Sequence record: MT611523.1
Length of the DNA stretch: 64,000 nt
Strand: one strand, 5' to 3'
Source: Escherichia phage DK-13
Shown here: in pieces, positions 9,982 to 20,031 of the stretch
How the letters are laid out: every line of letters begins with the position of its first letter
Numbering within the stretch: position 1 is the first letter of the stretch
Notes under the pieces: model-generated
Seen by the model: only the letters and a program-made list of their open reading frames with translations
Databases searched by the model: none
What the model was told of the DNA's origin: nothing
Position numbers and translations under genes: made by a program

Positions 9982-9989
9982 TATAAATA
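9982..9989 (+). promoter_or_regulatory. T4-type late promoter motif upstream of gene 36
   Basis: exact TATAAATA directly after the terminator and about 35 nt upstream of gp36 ATG. Confidence 0.6.
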
Positions 9990-10024
9990 CAAAATATCAT
10001 ATGCCGGTTGAAGAGGACTTATAA

Positions 10025-10672
10025 ATGGCAGATTTAAAACTAGGCTCAACAGCCGGAGGTTCGGTCCTCTGGCACCAAGGTAATTTCCCATTAACACCAG
10101 TCAGTAATGACTTATATTTCAAAACTTATAAAATTTATTCCGAATATAACAAGCCACAAGCAGTCGATAACGATTTCGTTTCTAAAGCTCTTGGCGGTAA
10201 TTATAAAGCAAATGTATATTTCGAACAAGGCTTGACATTTAACGATTCAAATGGTTATGGAATTAAGTTGGGAGCGAGAACGGGCGGTGCACCATTTACA
10301 GCATCTTTCCGTATTAAAGGACCGTTTGGATTTGAGACTGAAACGGGAACACCATTCGTTATTTTTGACCCTGACACTACAACAGGAGCAAAACGTCTTA
10401 CTGTTATGGGTGATACGTTAGCTCGACAAATTTATGATGAAACAGGTCGTGTATTTTCTCCAGGAAATACTCCGTCAAAAGCTCAAGTTGGTCTTGGTAA
10501 TGTAACTAACCAGCGACAGGTGGAACTAAATAATAGTACATTGCAAACAATGACAGGTAACTTGTCAGCACCTAATTTCTTCTCTAGGAACCCAGCATCA
10601 GACCCGGCCCACGTGCCCCGTTTTGACCAAATCGTTCTTAAAGACTCCGTACAAGATTTTGGATATTATTAA
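10025..10672 (+). CDS. 36: long tail fibre distal connector gp36
   Basis: 215 aa; MADLKLGSTAGGSVLWHQGNFPL... and C-terminal ...APNFFSRNPAS.P.HVPRFDQIV.KDSVQDFGYY resemble T4 gp36. Confidence 0.9.
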   Translation: MADLKLGSTAGGSVLWHQGNFPLTPVSNDLYFKTYKIYSEYNKPQAVDNDFVSKALGGNYKANVYFEQGLTFNDSNGYGIKLGARTGGAPFTASFRIKGPFGFETETGTPFVIFDPDTTTGAKRLTVMGDTLARQIYDETGRVFSPGNTPSKAQVGLGNVTNQRQVELNNSTLQTMTGNLSAPNFFSRNPASDPAHVPRFDQIVLKDSVQDFGYY

Positions 10673-10680
10673 GAGGCATT

Positions 10681-13600
10681 ATGGCTACTTTAAAACAAAT
10701 ACAATTTAAAAGAAGTAAGGTTGCCGGCGTTCGTCCGGCGCCAACAGTTCTTGCTGAAGGTGAACTGGCTATCAACCTGAAAGACCGCTTACTTTTTACT
10801 AAAGATGACACCGGCGCCATCATCGACCTTGGCTTTGCTAAAGGTGGTAATATTGACGGTAACGTTATTCATAAAGGAAATTACAATCAAACCGGCGCCT
10901 ATACTATAGCCGGAGATATTTCACAAACGTCTGGACATTTTACTACTACTGGTAATATAACAGCAAATGGTGATATTACTGCAAAAGCCCGTTTAATGAC
11001 AGATAACGGTGAAGTTCTTGTACGAGGTACAGGAACCACTCATGTTCGATTCCAGGATTTGGCTGATGCTCGCGAAAGAGGTATAATTTATTCTCAAAAC
11101 CGTACTGGGGATACCAAGCAAATCTTGAACGTTCGTGTCCAGGATTACACTAATTCAACATCTAATATTTTTGCATTCAACGGCGACGGTTTATTTTATG
11201 CTCCATCTATTTCCGGTGGAACATCGGTAAAATCTCCGGTAATTTATACTAATACCGTTGATACCGGTAATAAATCAGCTCTTGATTATGATATATCTTC
11301 ATTAGCAAATAATAATCCTGCAAGTTCAAGCGCAACAGCTATTAACTATCTTAGAATAAGTAGACACGCTGTCGATGGAATTAGGTATCGTGAACTTAAT
11401 AATGTAAATGGTATTTCATGGCATTCTATTTCTACAGCCGGAACAGCTAAGTATCTTTGGTCATTTAATGCAGATGGAGATGTCAAAACATCAAATTCTC
11501 TTTCCGTTGGCCTACCTGGGGATAGCTCAGGATACTCAACATTAGGTCCGTCTGCTATCGCACTTGGCGACAATAACACAGGTTTGAAATGGAGACAAGA
11601 CGGCCAGTTCCATATAGTTAATAATGGAGCTTATACTTTACTTACAACTCCGACTGAAGTTACAAGCCTTAAACAGTTAGTTGCGGGTTATTCAACCAAC
11701 GGTTCTGATTTAATTCTCCCTACAACCCAAAACTATCCATTAGTTATTGTTAATACTACTAATGATAAAAACGGCTTCGGTGACGGTCAAACTCTTTTAG
11801 GATATCACCAAAGCGGCAAATATCACCATTATTTTCGTGGCAAAGGTGTAACAAACGTTAACACCGATGGTGGGTTGTTGGTTACTCCTGGTAACGTTGA
11901 AGTCCGTGGTGGTTCGGTTAATATTGATGGTCTCAGTAATGCTTCGACAGTGCTTTTTAAAGGAAATACTACAGGTTCTAGTTCAGTTGATAATATAGAG
12001 CTCAAAGTTTGGGGTGACACTTTTAATACGGTAGATGGTTCTCGTAAAAACGTAATGGAAACATCTGATGCTACCGGCTGGATGCATTATATTCAACGAA
12101 CTACAGCAGGTAAAGTCGAATCCTATTTAAATGGTACCATGAATGTAATTGAAGGATTGACTGTCAATCAAGATACATCCTTAAAACGCAATCTGTATGT
12201 TTCTAATGAAATTAAAGTTCGCGCTGCTAGTGGTCTTCGTATTTGGAACGATAAGTACGGTGTTATTTTTCGAAATTCGGAAGACCAGCTGCATATTATC
12301 CCGACCAATGTTAATGCCGGCGAAAGTGGCGGATTAGGCCCATTACGCCCATTAAGTATTACGTTAGACACTGGTCAAGTTAAAATCCCTAATTTAGCGG
12401 CTGACCAAGTTTCTTTTATTGCTAACAGCGTATTAGAATTCCCTGCTGGTAATGGTGCATCTTATGCCAACCAGAATACGACTAAAGCTCCGTTGTATCA
12501 AACACTTGGTGCAGCAACCCAAGCATTCTATCCAATTACCAAGCAGAAAAATACAGTTTCTAATGTAACTATTACTCAAGGTATGGACCGCGCTACGAGC
12601 GAATACCGAATTGTTGCTCAAGGTGATTTGCTTGGTAATGGTGATGTTACAGGATTAAAATACTGGCGCTTTACCAAAGAAGGTAACTTCATAGCTCAGA
12701 ACCGCTTATATGCCGGTACAGCTTATATGAATACCGATGGTAATATTGCAGGTTCTATTTGGAAAAAGTATAGCGGTGCTACTAACCTTGATTCTGCGGT
12801 GAATACTCGTGTAGGTAAAGGCGGCGATACAATGACAGGCCGTTTAACTCTTAATGCAAACTCGGATGCTATTGTTATTAACAGTGCTGCAACCGAATCT
12901 GGTTATATGAAAGGACAAAAAGCTGGTATTGATAACTGGTATGTAGGTAACGGCGGTGCCGATAATGCTGTATCAATTTATAGTTTTCAAACTAATTCAG
13001 GTGTTAATATTAATGCAGGTGGTGATATTGCTTTAAACCCACAAGGTTCAGCCACTTTTAATTTTAATAGGGACAGACTTTTTATTAATGGCTCTGTCTG
13101 GGCGGCTCACCAAGCTGGCGATTGGGGAACCCAATGGAAGCAAGAAGCTCCGGTATTTGTAGATTTTGGTAATGTTGGTAATGATAGTTATTATCCGATT
13201 ATCAAAGGAAAATCTGGTATTACTAATGAAGGATATGTATCGGGTGTTGATTTCGGTATGCGTCGTATTACTAATACATGGGCCCAAGGTATTATTCGTG
13301 TAGGTAACCAGGAAAACGGTTCCGACCCACAAGCTATATATGAATTCCACCACAATGGAGTTATGTATGTTCCTAACATGGTTAAAACTGGAGCAAGATT
13401 ATCAGCTGGTGGTGGTGACCCTGTATGGACCGGCCCGTGTCTTGTTATTGGTGATAATGATACAGGATTAGTTCATGGTGGTGACGGCCGAATCAATATG
13501 GTTGCCAATGGTATGCATATTGCATCTTGGTCTAGCGCTTATCATATCCATGAAGGTCTTTGGGATACCAATGGTGCTTTGTGGACTGAGCAAGGAAGAG

Positions 13601-14010
13601 CTATTATGTCTTATGGTCATCTTGTTCAGGCAAACGACAGCTATTCTACATATGTTCGAGATGTTTATGTCCGTTCTGATATTCGTGTTAAAAAAGACCT
13701 TGTTAAATTTGAAAATGCTTCTCAGAAGCTTTCTAAAATCAACGGTTACACTTATATGCAGAAACGTGGCCTGGATGAAGAAGGTAATCAGAAATGGGAA
13801 CCTAACGCTGGTTTAATTGCTCAAGAAGTTCAATCTATTTTACCTGAATTGGTTGAAGGCGACCCTGATGGTGAAGCTTTACTTCGTTTAAACTATAACG
13901 GTGTAATTGGTTTAAATACAGCTGCAATCAATGAGCATACTGCAGAAATTGCAGAACTTAAGTCAGAGATTGAAGAACTTAAAGCATTAATTAAATCATT
14001 GTTAAAATAA
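10681..14010 (+). CDS. 37: long tail fibre distal subunit gp37 with C-terminal intramolecular-chaperone-like domain
   Basis: 1109 aa; N-terminus [48 protein letters not shown] resembles T4 gp37; last ~110 aa (SDIRVKK...[15 protein letters not shown]...coiled-coil) resemble S74-type auto-cleaving chaperone domains. Confidence 0.9.
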   Translation: MATLKQIQFKRSKVAGVRPAPTVLAEGELAINLKDRLLFTKDDTGAIIDLGFAKGGNIDGNVIHKGNYNQTGAYTIAGDISQTSGHFTTTGNITANGDITAKARLMTDNGEVLVRGTGTTHVRFQDLADARERGIIYSQNRTGDTKQILNVRVQDYTNSTSNIFAFNGDGLFYAPSISGGTSVKSPVIYTNTVDTGNKSALDYDISSLANNNPASSSATAINYLRISRHAVDGIRYRELNNVNGISWHSISTAGTAKYLWSFNADGDVKTSNSLSVGLPGDSSGYSTLGPSAIALGDNNTGLKWRQDGQFHIVNNGAYTLLTTPTEVTSLKQLVAGYSTNGSDLILPTTQNYPLVIVNTTNDKNGFGDGQTLLGYHQSGKYHHYFRGKGVTNVNTDGGLLVTPGNVEVRGGSVNIDGLSNASTVLFKGNTTGSSSVDNIELKVWGDTFNTVDGSRKNVMETSDATGWMHYIQRTTAGKVESYLNGTMNVIEGLTVNQDTSLKRNLYVSNEIKVRAASGLRIWNDKYGVIFRNSEDQLHIIPTNVNAGESGGLGPLRPLSITLDTGQVKIPNLAADQVSFIANSVLEFPAGNGASYANQNTTKAPLYQTLGAATQAFYPITKQKNTVSNVTITQGMDRATSEYRIVAQGDLLGNGDVTGLKYWRFTKEGNFIAQNRLYAGTAYMNTDGNIAGSIWKKYSGATNLDSAVNTRVGKGGDTMTGRLTLNANSDAIVINSAATESGYMKGQKAGIDNWYVGNGGADNAVSIYSFQTNSGVNINAGGDIALNPQGSATFNFNRDRLFINGSVWAAHQAGDWGTQWKQEAPVFVDFGNVGNDSYYPIIKGKSGITNEGYVSGVDFGMRRITNTWAQGIIRVGNQENGSDPQAIYEFHHNGVMYVPNMVKTGARLSAGGGDPVWTGPCLVIGDNDTGLVHGGDGRINMVANGMHIASWSSAYHIHEGLWDTNGALWTEQGRAIMSYGHLVQANDSYSTYVRDVYVRSDIRVKKDLVKFENASQKLSKINGYTYMQKRGLDEEGNQKWEPNAGLIAQEVQSILPELVEGDPDGEALLRLNYNGVIGLNTAAINEHTAEIAELKSEIEELKALIKSLLK

Positions 14011-14013
14011 TAA

Positions 14014-14031
14014 GAGGGGCTTCGGCCCCTT
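14014..14031 (+). other. C(UUCG)G-type hairpin between genes 37 and 38
   Basis: GAGGGGC-UUCG-GCCCCUU directly after gp37 stop and before the gp38 SD (GGAGG); no long U-run. Confidence 0.45.
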
Positions 14032-14041
14032 GGAGGTTTAT

Positions 14042-14839
14042 ATGGCAGTAGTAGGACCATGGGTTGGAGGGTCTGCAGTAGCTAATACAGGACAAAACTG
14101 GATGGGTGGCGCGGCCCAACGATTAAGAATGGGTGCTCCGTTTTGGATGAGCAATATGATAGGTCGGTCTGTTGAAGTAATTCATACTTTAGGTGGAGAC
14201 CATAACTTTAATGGGCAATGGTTTAGAGACCGTTGTTTTGAAGCCGGCGCTGCGCCTATTGTGTTTAATCTTACAGATACATTAGTATCTTATACCCCTG
14301 ATGTTCCATTGTTCTTTATGTATGCGGATACTCCAAACGAATACGTTGTTTTGAATATTCATGGTGGGGTTCATATGTGGGGACGTGGTGGTCACGGCGG
14401 TTGGACCCACTCAGGTGGAGACGGTAACGGCCAACGGGGTGGTGATTGTATAGTCAACCATATAGGTCATAGACTACGTATTTGGAACTATGGGGTTATC
14501 TGCGGCGGTGGCGGAGGCGGAGGCGGTATTGCTTATCGACCTCACTCAGGTGCTAACTGGCAAGATATCGGCGGTGGCGGCGGACGTCCATTTGGTCCAG
14601 GTGGTGGTGGCGGGTATTCCGGCGGCGGCGCTTCTTATGAAAGCCCTGGCGGTGGATACGATTATGGTAACGCCCACTCAGGTCGTGGCGGGGATGCCGG
14701 CGGTGCAGGCCAGAACGCATGGTCTGATGGTGGTAAAGTTCTAAAAGTCGGAGCCGGTGGCGGTTCTGGAGCTGCTGTTGCCGGTTATGCTCCTGCATGG
14801 GGCGCGACAGGTACGATTTACGGTCCTTGGCTTAGTTAA
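14042..14839 (+). CDS. 38: T2-type receptor-recognising adhesin gp38 with glycine-rich motifs
   Basis: ORF-track start 14030 is TTG; ATG at 14042 has GGAGG SD; MAVVGPW..GSAV...[28 protein letters not shown]...PLFFMY.DTPNEYV.LNIHGG followed by poly-Gly tracts resembles T2-like gp38 as recalled. Confidence 0.8.
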   Translation: MAVVGPWVGGSAVANTGQNWMGGAAQRLRMGAPFWMSNMIGRSVEVIHTLGGDHNFNGQWFRDRCFEAGAAPIVFNLTDTLVSYTPDVPLFFMYADTPNEYVVLNIHGGVHMWGRGGHGGWTHSGGDGNGQRGGDCIVNHIGHRLRIWNYGVICGGGGGGGGIAYRPHSGANWQDIGGGGGRPFGPGGGGGYSGGGASYESPGGGYDYGNAHSGRGGDAGGAGQNAWSDGGKVLKVGAGGGSGAAVAGYAPAWGATGTIYGPWLS

Positions 14840-14844
14840 GAACT

Positions 14845-14852
14845 TATAAATA
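14845..14852 (+). promoter_or_regulatory. T4-type late promoter motif upstream of holin gene t
   Basis: exact TATAAATA about 22 nt upstream of ATG 14875. Confidence 0.6.
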
Positions 14853-14874
14853 TCTTTAAAGTTAAGGAGAAAGT

Positions 14875-15528
14875 ATGGAACCAAAAGTAGGAATATCAAT
14901 ACCCGACCTACTTTTTGGACTTCTTGATAGAATTTTTAAAGATAATGCGACCGGGAAAGTTGTTTTTTCCCGGGTACTAGTTATTGTTCTATTATTTTTA
15001 ATGGCGGTAATCTGGTATAAAGGTGATGCAATTTTAGATGCGTACAGGGATGCTTCATATGCCTCGTACACAGAAATGATAAGGCAAGACCAGGATAACA
15101 GATTTAAAATTGCAGCTATCGAGCAAATCCAGATAGTCCACTCGTCAAGTGGAGCAGACTTTACAGCAATATATTCTTTTAGACCAACTAACCTTAACTA
15201 CTTTGTGGATATGGTGGGATATGAGGGGATATTGCCTGATACTGTCGACGAAAAAAATTTGGGTGGGTTTCCAATAGATAAAACTTCAGCAGAATATTTG
15301 GCGGGGGTTAATGGTAATTATTTTGAATCCAGTACGGAATCTGTATTCTTACCAACAAAGAAAAAAAGCAGCTTCTCATATATGTTCAGCTGCCCATTCT
15401 TTAATTTGGAAAACGTTTATGCAGGTACAGTCTCGCTGTACTGGTATAAGCAAAAACCTATCCTTGGTTTTGATAGGCTTTCTGCTATGTGTGGACAAGC
15501 AGGTCGTACGCTTGGGCGTACACGTTAG
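14875..15528 (+). CDS. t: holin T
   Basis: 217 aa; ...DLLFGLLDRIFKDNATGKV...YSFRP.NLNYFVD...YMFSCPFFNLENVYAGT...YWY resembles T4 holin T; N-terminal TM segment; position after gene 38. Confidence 0.93.
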   Translation: MEPKVGISIPDLLFGLLDRIFKDNATGKVVFSRVLVIVLLFLMAVIWYKGDAILDAYRDASYASYTEMIRQDQDNRFKIAAIEQIQIVHSSSGADFTAIYSFRPTNLNYFVDMVGYEGILPDTVDEKNLGGFPIDKTSAEYLAGVNGNYFESSTESVFLPTKKKSSFSYMFSCPFFNLENVYAGTVSLYWYKQKPILGFDRLSAMCGQAGRTLGRTR

Positions 15529-15800
15529 AATCCGGAGGTATACATCATAAGATAACGGTGTATATCTTCGAATCCTTCGTTAAATTGTTCAATGATTTGT
15601 TCAATTTCATCTTCAGATAAACTTTTAAACAACTTGTTAAACGATACATTGTTTAACTCATTCCCATTCTCATTCCGTAATCCTAACTCATTCAAAAACG
15701 CGATAAACACATCACGCTTCATCGTAATATCTTCCCGGTCGGTTTTAATCAAAATTGAAGTTACAGTAACAATTTCAGAAACGATTTCAAATTTAGTCAT
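15525..15800 (-). CDS. asiA: anti-sigma70 protein AsiA
   Basis: 91 aa; ...EIVTVTSILIK..REDI...FIAFLNE.G...FNEGFE...RYL.MYT resembles T4 AsiA; converges on holin t as in T4. Confidence 0.88.
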   Translation of the reverse strand: MTKFEIVSEIVTVTSILIKTDREDITMKRDVFIAFLNELGLRNENGNELNNVSFNKLFKSLSEDEIEQIIEQFNEGFEDIHRYLMMYTSGF

Positions 15801-15858
15801 TTTAATTTACTCAAGTATTCAATAAGACATTCAATTATTCAGTAAGGATATTGTACTA

Positions 15859-16023
15859 TTATTCCTCTGGGTTGTACACATGATTTTTCATCTGTACAAC
15901 ATATTCCTGATACATCTGTTCAACTGGTTCCTGGAACTTAAAATCAGCTCCAAGGAATTCCTCAAAGCAAGACTGTTCGTGTGTACGCTGGCCAGTAATG
16001 GTGTTCTCTAAGTTATGACTCAT
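15859..16023 (-). CDS. small hypothetical ORF (54 aa)
   Basis: ATG ORF below the track size cut-off, found by manual translation (MSHNLENTITGQRTHEQ...); weak support. Confidence 0.3.
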   Translation of the reverse strand: MSHNLENTITGQRTHEQSCFEEFLGADFKFQEPVEQMYQEYVVQMKNHVYNPEE

Positions 16024-16112
16024 AACGATTCCCCTTGTGCTTCTGCTTACGTTTGGACTGCATTTCAGTTTTCTTCTTATCCTTATGGACAGACGCCTTA
16101 TTGAAATCGTGC

Positions 16113-16391
16113 TTAGCTACCAGATTGTTCATGCAATTTCCTTAATTGATATTCAAGAGAACTGATAATTTCTTTATTAGTTGCAATATACATATCACGT
16201 AGGAAGGGTTTCAGACCTTCTCTAACTCTATACGTGTTATCACTAATATCCTTTATATATTCATGGTCTAAAGCATCCCAAGCCGGCTGGTTAACATAAG
16301 TTCCCCAGTTGTCTTCCATCATAGTGTTCAGACGTTTGATATGATTGATATGAGTTTCGATTGCATCAATCTGGAGTTGTTTAAGGTTCAT
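16113..16391 (-). CDS. hypothetical protein (92 aa), at the T4 arn position
   Basis: ATG ORF between asiA and motA; same length as T4 Arn, but I cannot verify similarity. Confidence 0.45.
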   Translation of the reverse strand: MNLKQLQIDAIETHINHIKRLNTMMEDNWGTYVNQPAWDALDHEYIKDISDNTYRVREGLKPFLRDMYIATNKEIISSLEYQLRKLHEQSGS

Positions 16392-16879
16392 TAATAAAGG
16401 TCCTCTGAATAAAGTTCTTTTTCACTACCGCCACGACGTTCAATACGCACTTGATTTGCATAAGTCGCAATAATCATTGCTTCTTCGCGGGTCCAGTAAT
16501 TGCTGTACTGGTCAATGAATCCTTGATTATCACCACAAACATGGTCTGACACAAGTTTATCACTTACTTGGTCAAGCACTTCTGCCATATCCTTGGAATA
16601 ATGTCTGGCACCAGGAATAACCAGAGTCCCACCATCTTTTAACTTAAATCGGTTGGCTGCACATACAATCCGTCGCTGATATTTTTCATTATTGTTCCAA
16701 TGAGCAATCTGCCAACAGATTTCAGGAACTTCTTCTAAAACATCCTCTTCCGTATATTCGGTGTATCCATAAGCCTGTAATTTAGCTGCTAGACTTTCTA
16801 GAGTTTCACGAGAAAGAGCTTTATCTAATAAAGCCATACGGTCTTTAAAGGATAATTCTTTACCTTTTAATGGATTCAT
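16391..16879 (-). CDS. hypothetical protein (about 163 aa)
   Basis: start placed at ATG 16879 overlapping upstream stop (ATGA); no recognisable domain. Confidence 0.5.
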   Translation of the reverse strand: MNPLKGKELSFKDRMALLDKALSRETLESLAAKLQAYGYTEYTEEDVLEEVPEICWQIAHWNNNEKYQRRIVCAANRFKLKDGGTLVIPGARHYSKDMAEVLDQVSDKLVSDHVCGDNQGFIDQYSNYWTREEAMIIATYANQVRIERRGGSEKELYSEDLY

Positions 16880-17208
16880 TTGAACCAACCTTTAACACGT
16901 TGCCACAGACTTTTCTGTTGAGCTTTATTAACACCAATTGAGCGAATAACTGGTTGTGATTCCTGGTATTCTTTGTAGTCAGCTTTATATACTTCATATG
17001 CTGCTGGAACAAAGGCACCAATCGCTGCCATGAAGTTCTTGCGTGCACCAAACGGAGCTACTGCATCATCCTGACGATGGATAAGATACTGACCAGCTTT
17101 GACCTTGACAATAGTTCCAAGGTAAGCGCCATGATACCAAACATCCCAACCCTCTTGAGTAGGTTCTACACAAGCGCGCAATTCATTAACAATATTCAGC
17201 TTATTCAT
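16876..17208 (-). CDS. hypothetical protein (110 aa)
   Basis: ATG with SD (GAGGAAA) ; no recognisable domain. Confidence 0.5.
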   Translation of the reverse strand: MNKLNIVNELRACVEPTQEGWDVWYHGAYLGTIVKVKAGQYLIHRQDDAVAPFGARKNFMAAIGAFVPAAYEVYKADYKEYQESQPVIRSIGVNKAQQKSLWQRVKGWFK

Positions 17209-17215
17209 AATTTCC

Positions 17216-17824
17216 TCACTTTAAGATGTTAATAACATGTTGAATGTTTTCAGTTGACATAACATTGTCAATGTAGGTATTCAATCCACCCACTTTAACG
17301 CTAAATCCCACATCTGTAAACTGTTTTACTATCTTTTGTTCAGTATTATACGCATGTACGCGAATCTGACCATCACGCCGCACATCAATCTGTTTTAATG
17401 TCTTGATACGCTTGAACTTCACAATCAGATTGCTGCGGTCTTCTGAAATGCTCTTAAAGTCAATACCAATAGACAATAATTGCTCTTTGATATATTCTGC
17501 AGTCGCTTCCATTTCATCAGTAACACCGCGTTTTGTTCTTGTCTTCTTCACTTCCAGAAGGTCGGGATTATTTTCATTCGCCCAAAGTTCAGCTGCATCC
17601 AGAATAAGGTCAACACCCTTTTCTGTAATCATCAAACCATCACCAGAAGCTTCAACATAGTTGTTATTCAACAATGTCTGCACGCTATCAATTGACGTGT
17701 TCTGCTGGCCTAAAACAACCTCAGGACGCACGAAGTTGTTTTTGTATACAAACACCAGAGCATTAACATCAGTCTCATGTAGAGCGTTCTGGGAGCATTT
17801 AACGATATAATTTAACTTGTTCAC
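17216..17824 (-). CDS. motA: middle-promoter transcription activator MotA
   Basis: 202 aa; start codon GTG with AAGGGA SD; N-terminus M.K..YI.K.S and overall pattern resemble T4 MotA; synteny between asiA and 52. Confidence 0.8.
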   Translation of the reverse strand: MNKLNYIVKCSQNALHETDVNALVFVYKNNFVRPEVVLGQQNTSIDSVQTLLNNNYVEASGDGLMITEKGVDLILDAAELWANENNPDLLEVKKTRTKRGVTDEMEATAEYIKEQLLSIGIDFKSISEDRSNLIVKFKRIKTLKQIDVRRDGQIRVHAYNTEQKIVKQFTDVGFSVKVGGLNTYIDNVMSTENIQHVINILK

Positions 17825-17826
17825 AA

Positions 17827-18042
17827 TTATCCCTTAATAGATTTCATATAATTTGATGCATATGATTGTACCACAGTACGTTTCATATGGGAAGTAGAAA
17901 CAATCACATCAATCGCTTGTTTACGTTCTTCTTTAGAGTTTGCCAGTTTGAACATGTCAAAGTAGTAATAACAAGCTTCTTTATTAGATTTGAATTTAGC
18001 GTTAATGTATTCTTGACCTTCATTCTGTTGTGCAGTAAACAT
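17827..18042 (-). CDS. hypothetical small protein (71 aa)
   Basis: ORF-track start 18054 is TTG; ATG at 18042 has GGAGA SD. Confidence 0.45.
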   Translation of the reverse strand: MFTAQQNEGQEYINAKFKSNKEACYYYFDMFKLANSKEERKQAIDVIVSTSHMKRTVVQSYASNYMKSIKG

Positions 18043-18085
18043 TTTATTCTCCAAAGTTTTTGTGATTCATTGTGTAACTCAGTAT

Positions 18086-18121
18086 GGAATCATTATGCAG
18101 CGGGTCAAGGGGATTGTACAC
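18086..18121 (-). promoter_or_regulatory. sigma70-like early promoter
   Basis: minus strand AAAAAAAGTAGTGTAC (A-tract and -35-like), CATAAT (-10), leader GATTCCATACTGAGTTAC. Confidence 0.4.
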
Positions 18122-18130
18122 TACTTTTTT

Positions 18131-18159
18131 TAAAATAAAAAAGGACCCCGAAGGGTCCT
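18131..18159 (-). terminator. rho-independent terminator downstream of gene 52 region
   Basis: minus strand AGGACCC-UUCG-GGGUCCU hairpin followed by U-run. Confidence 0.6.
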
Positions 18160-18252
18160 AGTCTTTATCTATCTTATTACCAATAAACATACCAACAATC
18201 ACACCTGCGATTGCCGCGAAAATACAAAGCAATGCAAACTCAACTCCAAAAC

Positions 18253-19632
18253 TCATAGAGCCTCCAGGTCATTAAGGTATTCAGTTTTAACATCAGTTGT
18301 CTTCCAGTACTCATGCTCAGCTTTCTTAGCCTTTGCTTCGTCTGCAAGCTTCTTGGCTTCATCAGAGGTCATATGGTAGATGTTCATCGCCACTAACTTC
18401 TCTGCATAATCGCCATATATTTCACTCGCCTGGAGTTCCTCAATCAACTTCTTACGAGGTTTCCCCTGGATAACAACCTTGCCATCAATCACTTCTTTAA
18501 TAAAGAAGACTTTTGCTCGGGCCAGTTTAAATGCTGCTTCAGTTTCTTTAATCTTACTGTCAATTCGCACTTGAACATAAGTCTTACGGACATCAACGAA
18601 ATCGCGAATCAGGTCAAGCGTGTTTGTGTATTCAGCCAGCTTGCCTTTGTGATTAAGCACTGTTAAGTTCTGGGAGAGCTTCTCAATCAGACCAAAGTCT
18701 TTCATGATTTTCTCATGATTTTCTTCTTCAGTACCATCCAACTTGTATTCTTTGCGGAATTTAATCTTAAACCCAAAACCATGCTCGCCACAGTTATCTT
18801 TCCAGGTGATAAAACCTTTCTCTTCCAGCGGGTCCAGGATTTTACTTGTATACTTTTCCAGGTTCCATTGGACCGGGATTTCAGTAATTTCCATTTGGGT
18901 CCTGGAAGTCATTTTGTATGTGCCATGAAGCTCATACTTACCAGGCTCTTCCAGCTCAACCACTTTACCGCGGAATTCTGGATATTTTACTTTCGGAGCA
19001 ACCGGCTCCCGACCTTCCACGATAGCTTTAACAGCTTCCTTGACGTCCTGGAACGAATGAGGAAGAATATCAGTAGCGAAGCCAACAGCAATCCCAGAAG
19101 TGGCGTTAAGTAATACAGTAGGAATAACAGGAAGATAAAAAGCAGGAGGCTTATGTTCTTCATCAGGATGGACCGGAGCATATTCTGTATCCTTAAACAA
19201 GTTATAAAAGTTCTTTGAAACCCTTGCGAATACATAACGAGCTGATGATGCTTCTGGAACCATTCTGGAACCAAAGTTACCTTGCCCATCAAACATGGGG
19301 TATTCATTTTTATATGTTGCGACCAAACCAGAAGTTGCTTCTTCCGCTGATGCTTCGCCATGGTGATAACCATAATCAGCTACGCCACCTGCAATGGAGG
19401 CAACCTTATGGAATTTATTCTTATCGCCACGAGCCAGGTCTAATGCTCTCGCCATAACAAATCTGTGAACTGGTTTAAAACCATCAATCATGTTTGGGAT
19501 GGCACGACCTTCCACAGTGTAGATAGCATATGACAATGCTTCCACATCAATAATGTCTTTTAGACTGCGTGGGTTAAGGGACCCCATGGAATCACTGAAC
19601 TGTTTGGACATCATACTTAAAACGTCAGACAT
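18253..19632 (-). CDS. 52: DNA topoisomerase II medium subunit gp52
   Basis: 459 aa; GyrA/ParC-like N-terminal region (RAIPNMIDGFKPV.RF...ARVSKNFYN) resembling T4 gp52; ATG with GGTGA SD. Confidence 0.93.
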   Translation of the reverse strand: MSDVLSMMSKQFSDSMGSLNPRSLKDIIDVEALSYAIYTVEGRAIPNMIDGFKPVHRFVMARALDLARGDKNKFHKVASIAGGVADYGYHHGEASAEEATSGLVATYKNEYPMFDGQGNFGSRMVPEASSARYVFARVSKNFYNLFKDTEYAPVHPDEEHKPPAFYLPVIPTVLLNATSGIAVGFATDILPHSFQDVKEAVKAIVEGREPVAPKVKYPEFRGKVVELEEPGKYELHGTYKMTSRTQMEITEIPVQWNLEKYTSKILDPLEEKGFITWKDNCGEHGFGFKIKFRKEYKLDGTEEENHEKIMKDFGLIEKLSQNLTVLNHKGKLAEYTNTLDLIRDFVDVRKTYVQVRIDSKIKETEAAFKLARAKVFFIKEVIDGKVVIQGKPRKKLIEELQASEIYGDYAEKLVAMNIYHMTSDEAKKLADEAKAKKAEHEYWKTTDVKTEYLNDLEAL

Positions 19633-19640
19633 ATATCACC

Positions 19641-19781
19641 TTACCAGATTAACGAATGTACTGCCATTATAGCATCAGAAATAAAAAGCACAACCTGTAC
19701 TAATGCAAACATAACTCCATAATACAACGCTACCAATAAGGTAGCAAGGGCTAACGAGTAGCCCAAGATTTTCTTAATCAT
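19641..19781 (-). CDS. small hydrophobic peptide (46 aa)
   Basis: manual translation MIKKILGYSLALATLLVALYYGVMFALVQVVLFISDAIMAVHSLIW; ATG overlaps upstream stop (ATGA); sits where T4 has ac/stp-type small genes before gene 52. Confidence 0.35.
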   Translation of the reverse strand: MIKKILGYSLALATLLVALYYGVMFALVQVVLFISDAIMAVHSLIW

Positions 19782-19942
19782 TTATTAATAGCCGATTCAA
19801 GAAATTTAACTAAGGCATCCAGTACAAACCATGTGCAAATAAATCCTGCAAAAAGAGTACTTGGGACCCATACACCTGTAGCAAAAAGAGTCACAGCAAC
19901 GATAACAGCTACGAGCCAGATAAAAGTAAAAACTGATTGCAT
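19778..19942 (-). CDS. small membrane protein (54 aa)
   Basis: track ORF 19778..19963; start moved to ATG 19942 with GAGGAA SD; hydrophobic; hairpin ggcgtc-tttg-gacgcc just upstream. Confidence 0.45.
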   Translation of the reverse strand: MQSVFTFIWLVAVIVAVTLFATGVWVPSTLFAGFICTWFVLDALVKFLESAINK

Positions 19943-20031
19943 GTTTTCCTCACAGGCGTCCAAAGACGCCAGTTAATTTCAGATTATGACGATGCCATTG
20001 CATCACATGTTCGTTATGGAAATTACTCATA

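Noticed and set aside
14490-14798. ORFs 14490..14744 (+) and 14553..14798 (-) inside gp38
   Set aside because: Alternative frames through the GGC/GGT-rich glycine-coding repeats; frames stay open because of composition, not coding.
16391-16879. Possible macro-domain (IVCAAN...GG resembling VVNAAN...GGGV)
   Set aside because: The motif sits about 75 residues into the protein rather than near the N-terminus as in macro domains, and other conserved macro blocks are not evident; too weak to call.
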